A stretch of DNA of 64,000 nt, taken from contig JBHGNT010000007.1 of assembly GCA_043228905.1 (NCBI GenBank), positions 16,120,001 through 16,184,000 on the forward strand, written 5' to 3'. The notes beneath the pieces are model-generated. The model saw only the letters and a program-made list of their open reading frames with translations, was not told the origin of the DNA and did no database searches. Shown here one piece after another: positions 61,585-64,000 of the stretch (its first letter is position 1; every line of letters starts with the position of its first letter). Position numbers and translations under genes: made by a program. The DNA is from Azolla caroliniana. Lineage: Eukaryota; Plantae; Polypodiophyta.

Positions 61585-61699
61585 AACTTCTTCTTCATCA
61601 TCATATTCTAATCAGGATTATTTACCTCTCCAATACCTTTGTATGTTGAATCCTCGTGCAGTAAGTAGCTGAGAGTTTGTTCCACTTTCATTGCTAGAA

Positions 61700-63505
61700 A
61701 TCATCATCCTAGTCGATATCTTCTACTCATGGCCGCCACACAATCATAAATATGGAACAGAACATTTGATAAGAATGCTCTTGTTGCAGGGCTTCGATCC
61801 TTCAATATCGTGCATTCGATTCCCGACCTTCGCCTGGTCGGTCTTTTTCTCCATGTAAAAGAGGGCGGCTCATCCCGCACCCTCTTCCATATTGGCACTC
61901 TCATGCTGATTCTGGCCCCGGTCGAACAATCCACGACTGGATCACACCCCACCCGAATCAAAGTGTCGTGCGGTTTGGACCTCGATCGGGTCGTTTCTTG
62001 GTCTCTTCGTCGACCTTCTCGCGGGCCATCTCCCATCCTTCTTCGCTGGCATCGTGCCAGGACTCCTCAATGCCGTCATCCATCACCTCGGTCTCACGTG
62101 GGCATAAGGGCCCGAATGCCGAGTTCTCCGGAATCAGTTCCGAGGGCTTTTGTCCGTTCCTTCCTCGTATTGTCTCGCCGGCGATTCTCGGTCTGATGTC
62201 GCCGCCTTCCTCCTCTTGGGACTCACGTGGGCACTCGGGCCCGACTGCCATCATCTTGGGAGCAAGTGTGGGAAGACGCGCAAAATCGCCTGTCCTATTT
62301 GTGCCCTTGTCTGTAACCATCGGATCCTTGTGGTCGGTGGTCGCCTTCTTACCAATCGCGCAAGCCCTGCTTGGCCTTTCTTCTCCAATGTCCAGAGCCT
62401 CGAGTTGACGTGCCCGAAACCGCTGGTCCCAACGTTTTGATTCCACGATCGGTATCTCGGCCTTTTCCTCGGCCGATCTATCTCCGCAATCTGAGAGGTC
62501 GTTTTGTTCCGCACCCTCTCCCGTGGTACCATCGTACAGGTCTTCTGCCATCTCGTGGGTCAAGTTTGTCTCCTCGGCATCAGCTTGCGGCCTCGTTCTT
62601 TCCTCTTCCTCGAGCATTGCCTCGAGAGCTGCGTACACCTCTGCAATCCTAGCCCCGAAGCCGAGCCTTGCCGACTCTCTTTGCCGTTCGGCCTCTTCCT
62701 GTTGTGATGTCATGTCGTCGCGCGCCTTCCTGCTAGCCTTCTTGGCTCACTCGTCCTCTAGCCGTTGGCATACCCTTCTGACCTTCGACCAGTCCTCCGT
62801 AAGGCCATTCGCTCCGTCCTCATCTTCTAGCTCAATCCTGATGGCCTCCCGCTCCGCTCAATCGATCGACTTAACAAACAACAGAACTTTGTTCGCCCCC
62901 ACCAAACCTTGCTCCCGCTCCGGGAGCCGAGCAAGTCGTTGCTCGAACTCTCGGAACGCCTTCGTTGCGCTCTGGTGGGTCTTCGCTGATGCCACCCACA
63001 AGTCGAAGCCGCGTTGTCCCCGGCTCTTCCGCCGTCCTCCATATGCCTGCAAGAGCGCCTCTTCGAAGGTCTCCCACGAACTATGAGCTTCCCGGAGCTC
63101 CTTCACGTCCGCGTGCATACGGACGGCGACGACCCGACAGAAGAACTCCAGCCTCAACGCCTCGTTTACGTCTCGCTCCTCCATTTCCACATTGTAGGCT
63201 TCTAAGTAGAATGGGACTTTGTCCCCGTTGAAACGGCCGACTCTTTCGACCACTCGCTCAACCACTTGCTGCGCCGTCTCTCTTCTTGTTGTTGCTCATC
63301 CGAACTCCCTCACCGCTTCGAGAAAAAGTTGCATGAAGTCGTCTTCTTCCAATTCCATTCTCCCTTGTTGCCCTTCACGTCGGGTTCACCAAATATGTCG
63401 CGTTATTACACGCGTGCATGTAAAAGGGGAGGGACCACGGGTGTCTCAGACGAGGGAGAAAGGGGATGCCAAGAAAACTGACACCGGACACGACCCGAAT
63501 GCAAC

Positions 63506-63561
<56 letters not shown>

Positions 63562-64000
63562 GAGGGAGAGCGTGAGCGCGACACCGACTCTTATGCACAG
63601 GAAGCAAGGGGGGGTTGTGCTCCCGGCACCACCAAATACACCTATATGCACAAACAGAGACGAGTATGTATATTACAAGGGAAAGAATACATCCCCGACT
63701 TTGAGCCGGACCAAGGTAGGTTAGGTTACAACAGCAGTTTGCTGCCAAGTGGCAGATCAGGGGAGCTCATAGGTTCGTCGCGTTGAGCGGGGTCTTGGAC
63801 AGGAGACCTAGCAGAAACAAACCCTAAACAGACATGAACTCTCAACCCACACAACGAAGAAGAAGAAGAAGAAGAAGAAGAAACTACCTAACCCTAATTC
63901 TAACGGTATACCCTCCTAACTCAAAATGGGCAACCCCTCTACAAGGGACCCTCCCTTCCTTTTATAGAACAAGGAGAGGGATGCGTTACAATGCAGGATA
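61700..64000 (-). mobile_element. Ty3/gypsy 5' part: LTR from 63396 running off the window, PBS-Trp and decayed gag
   Basis: Plus-strand TTCACGTCGGGTTCACCA (63374-63391) equals the plant tRNA-Trp 3' end as recalled. Gag-like RFNGDKVPFYLEAY...SWETFEEAL. Confidence 0.8.
63513..63556. repeat. (GA)n microsatellite in the LTR
   Basis: Seen directly. Confidence 0.95.

Overview
Eukaryotic, TE-rich land-plant DNA; a non-seed plant such as a fern is inferred from the TE and gene make-up, not shown. Most of the window is nested transposons: a LINE remnant, several Ty1/copia and Ty3/gypsy elements including one intact chromovirus with near-identical LTRs, Sola-like/DUF7869-type DNA transposons, hAT and MULE-like non-autonomous elements, a tRNA-Ala-primed mini LTR element and solo LTRs. 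Host genes are a 7-exon ferric reductase oxidase (FRO, - strand) lacking its central heme/FAD-binding segment, two intact intronless paralogues (510 and 517 aa) of an uncharacterised ~7-TM protein that resembles a fungal family and has W-box arrays in both promoters, a thioredoxin-h-like gene between them with WCGPC changed to WSSPS, and captured gene fragments (HSP70; a Pro/Ser-rich N-terminus). The best candidate for an undescribed system is the W-box-driven, possibly fungus-derived 7-TM pair at 38.1-48.3 kb. All homology calls come from motif recognition by eye; no searches were run.
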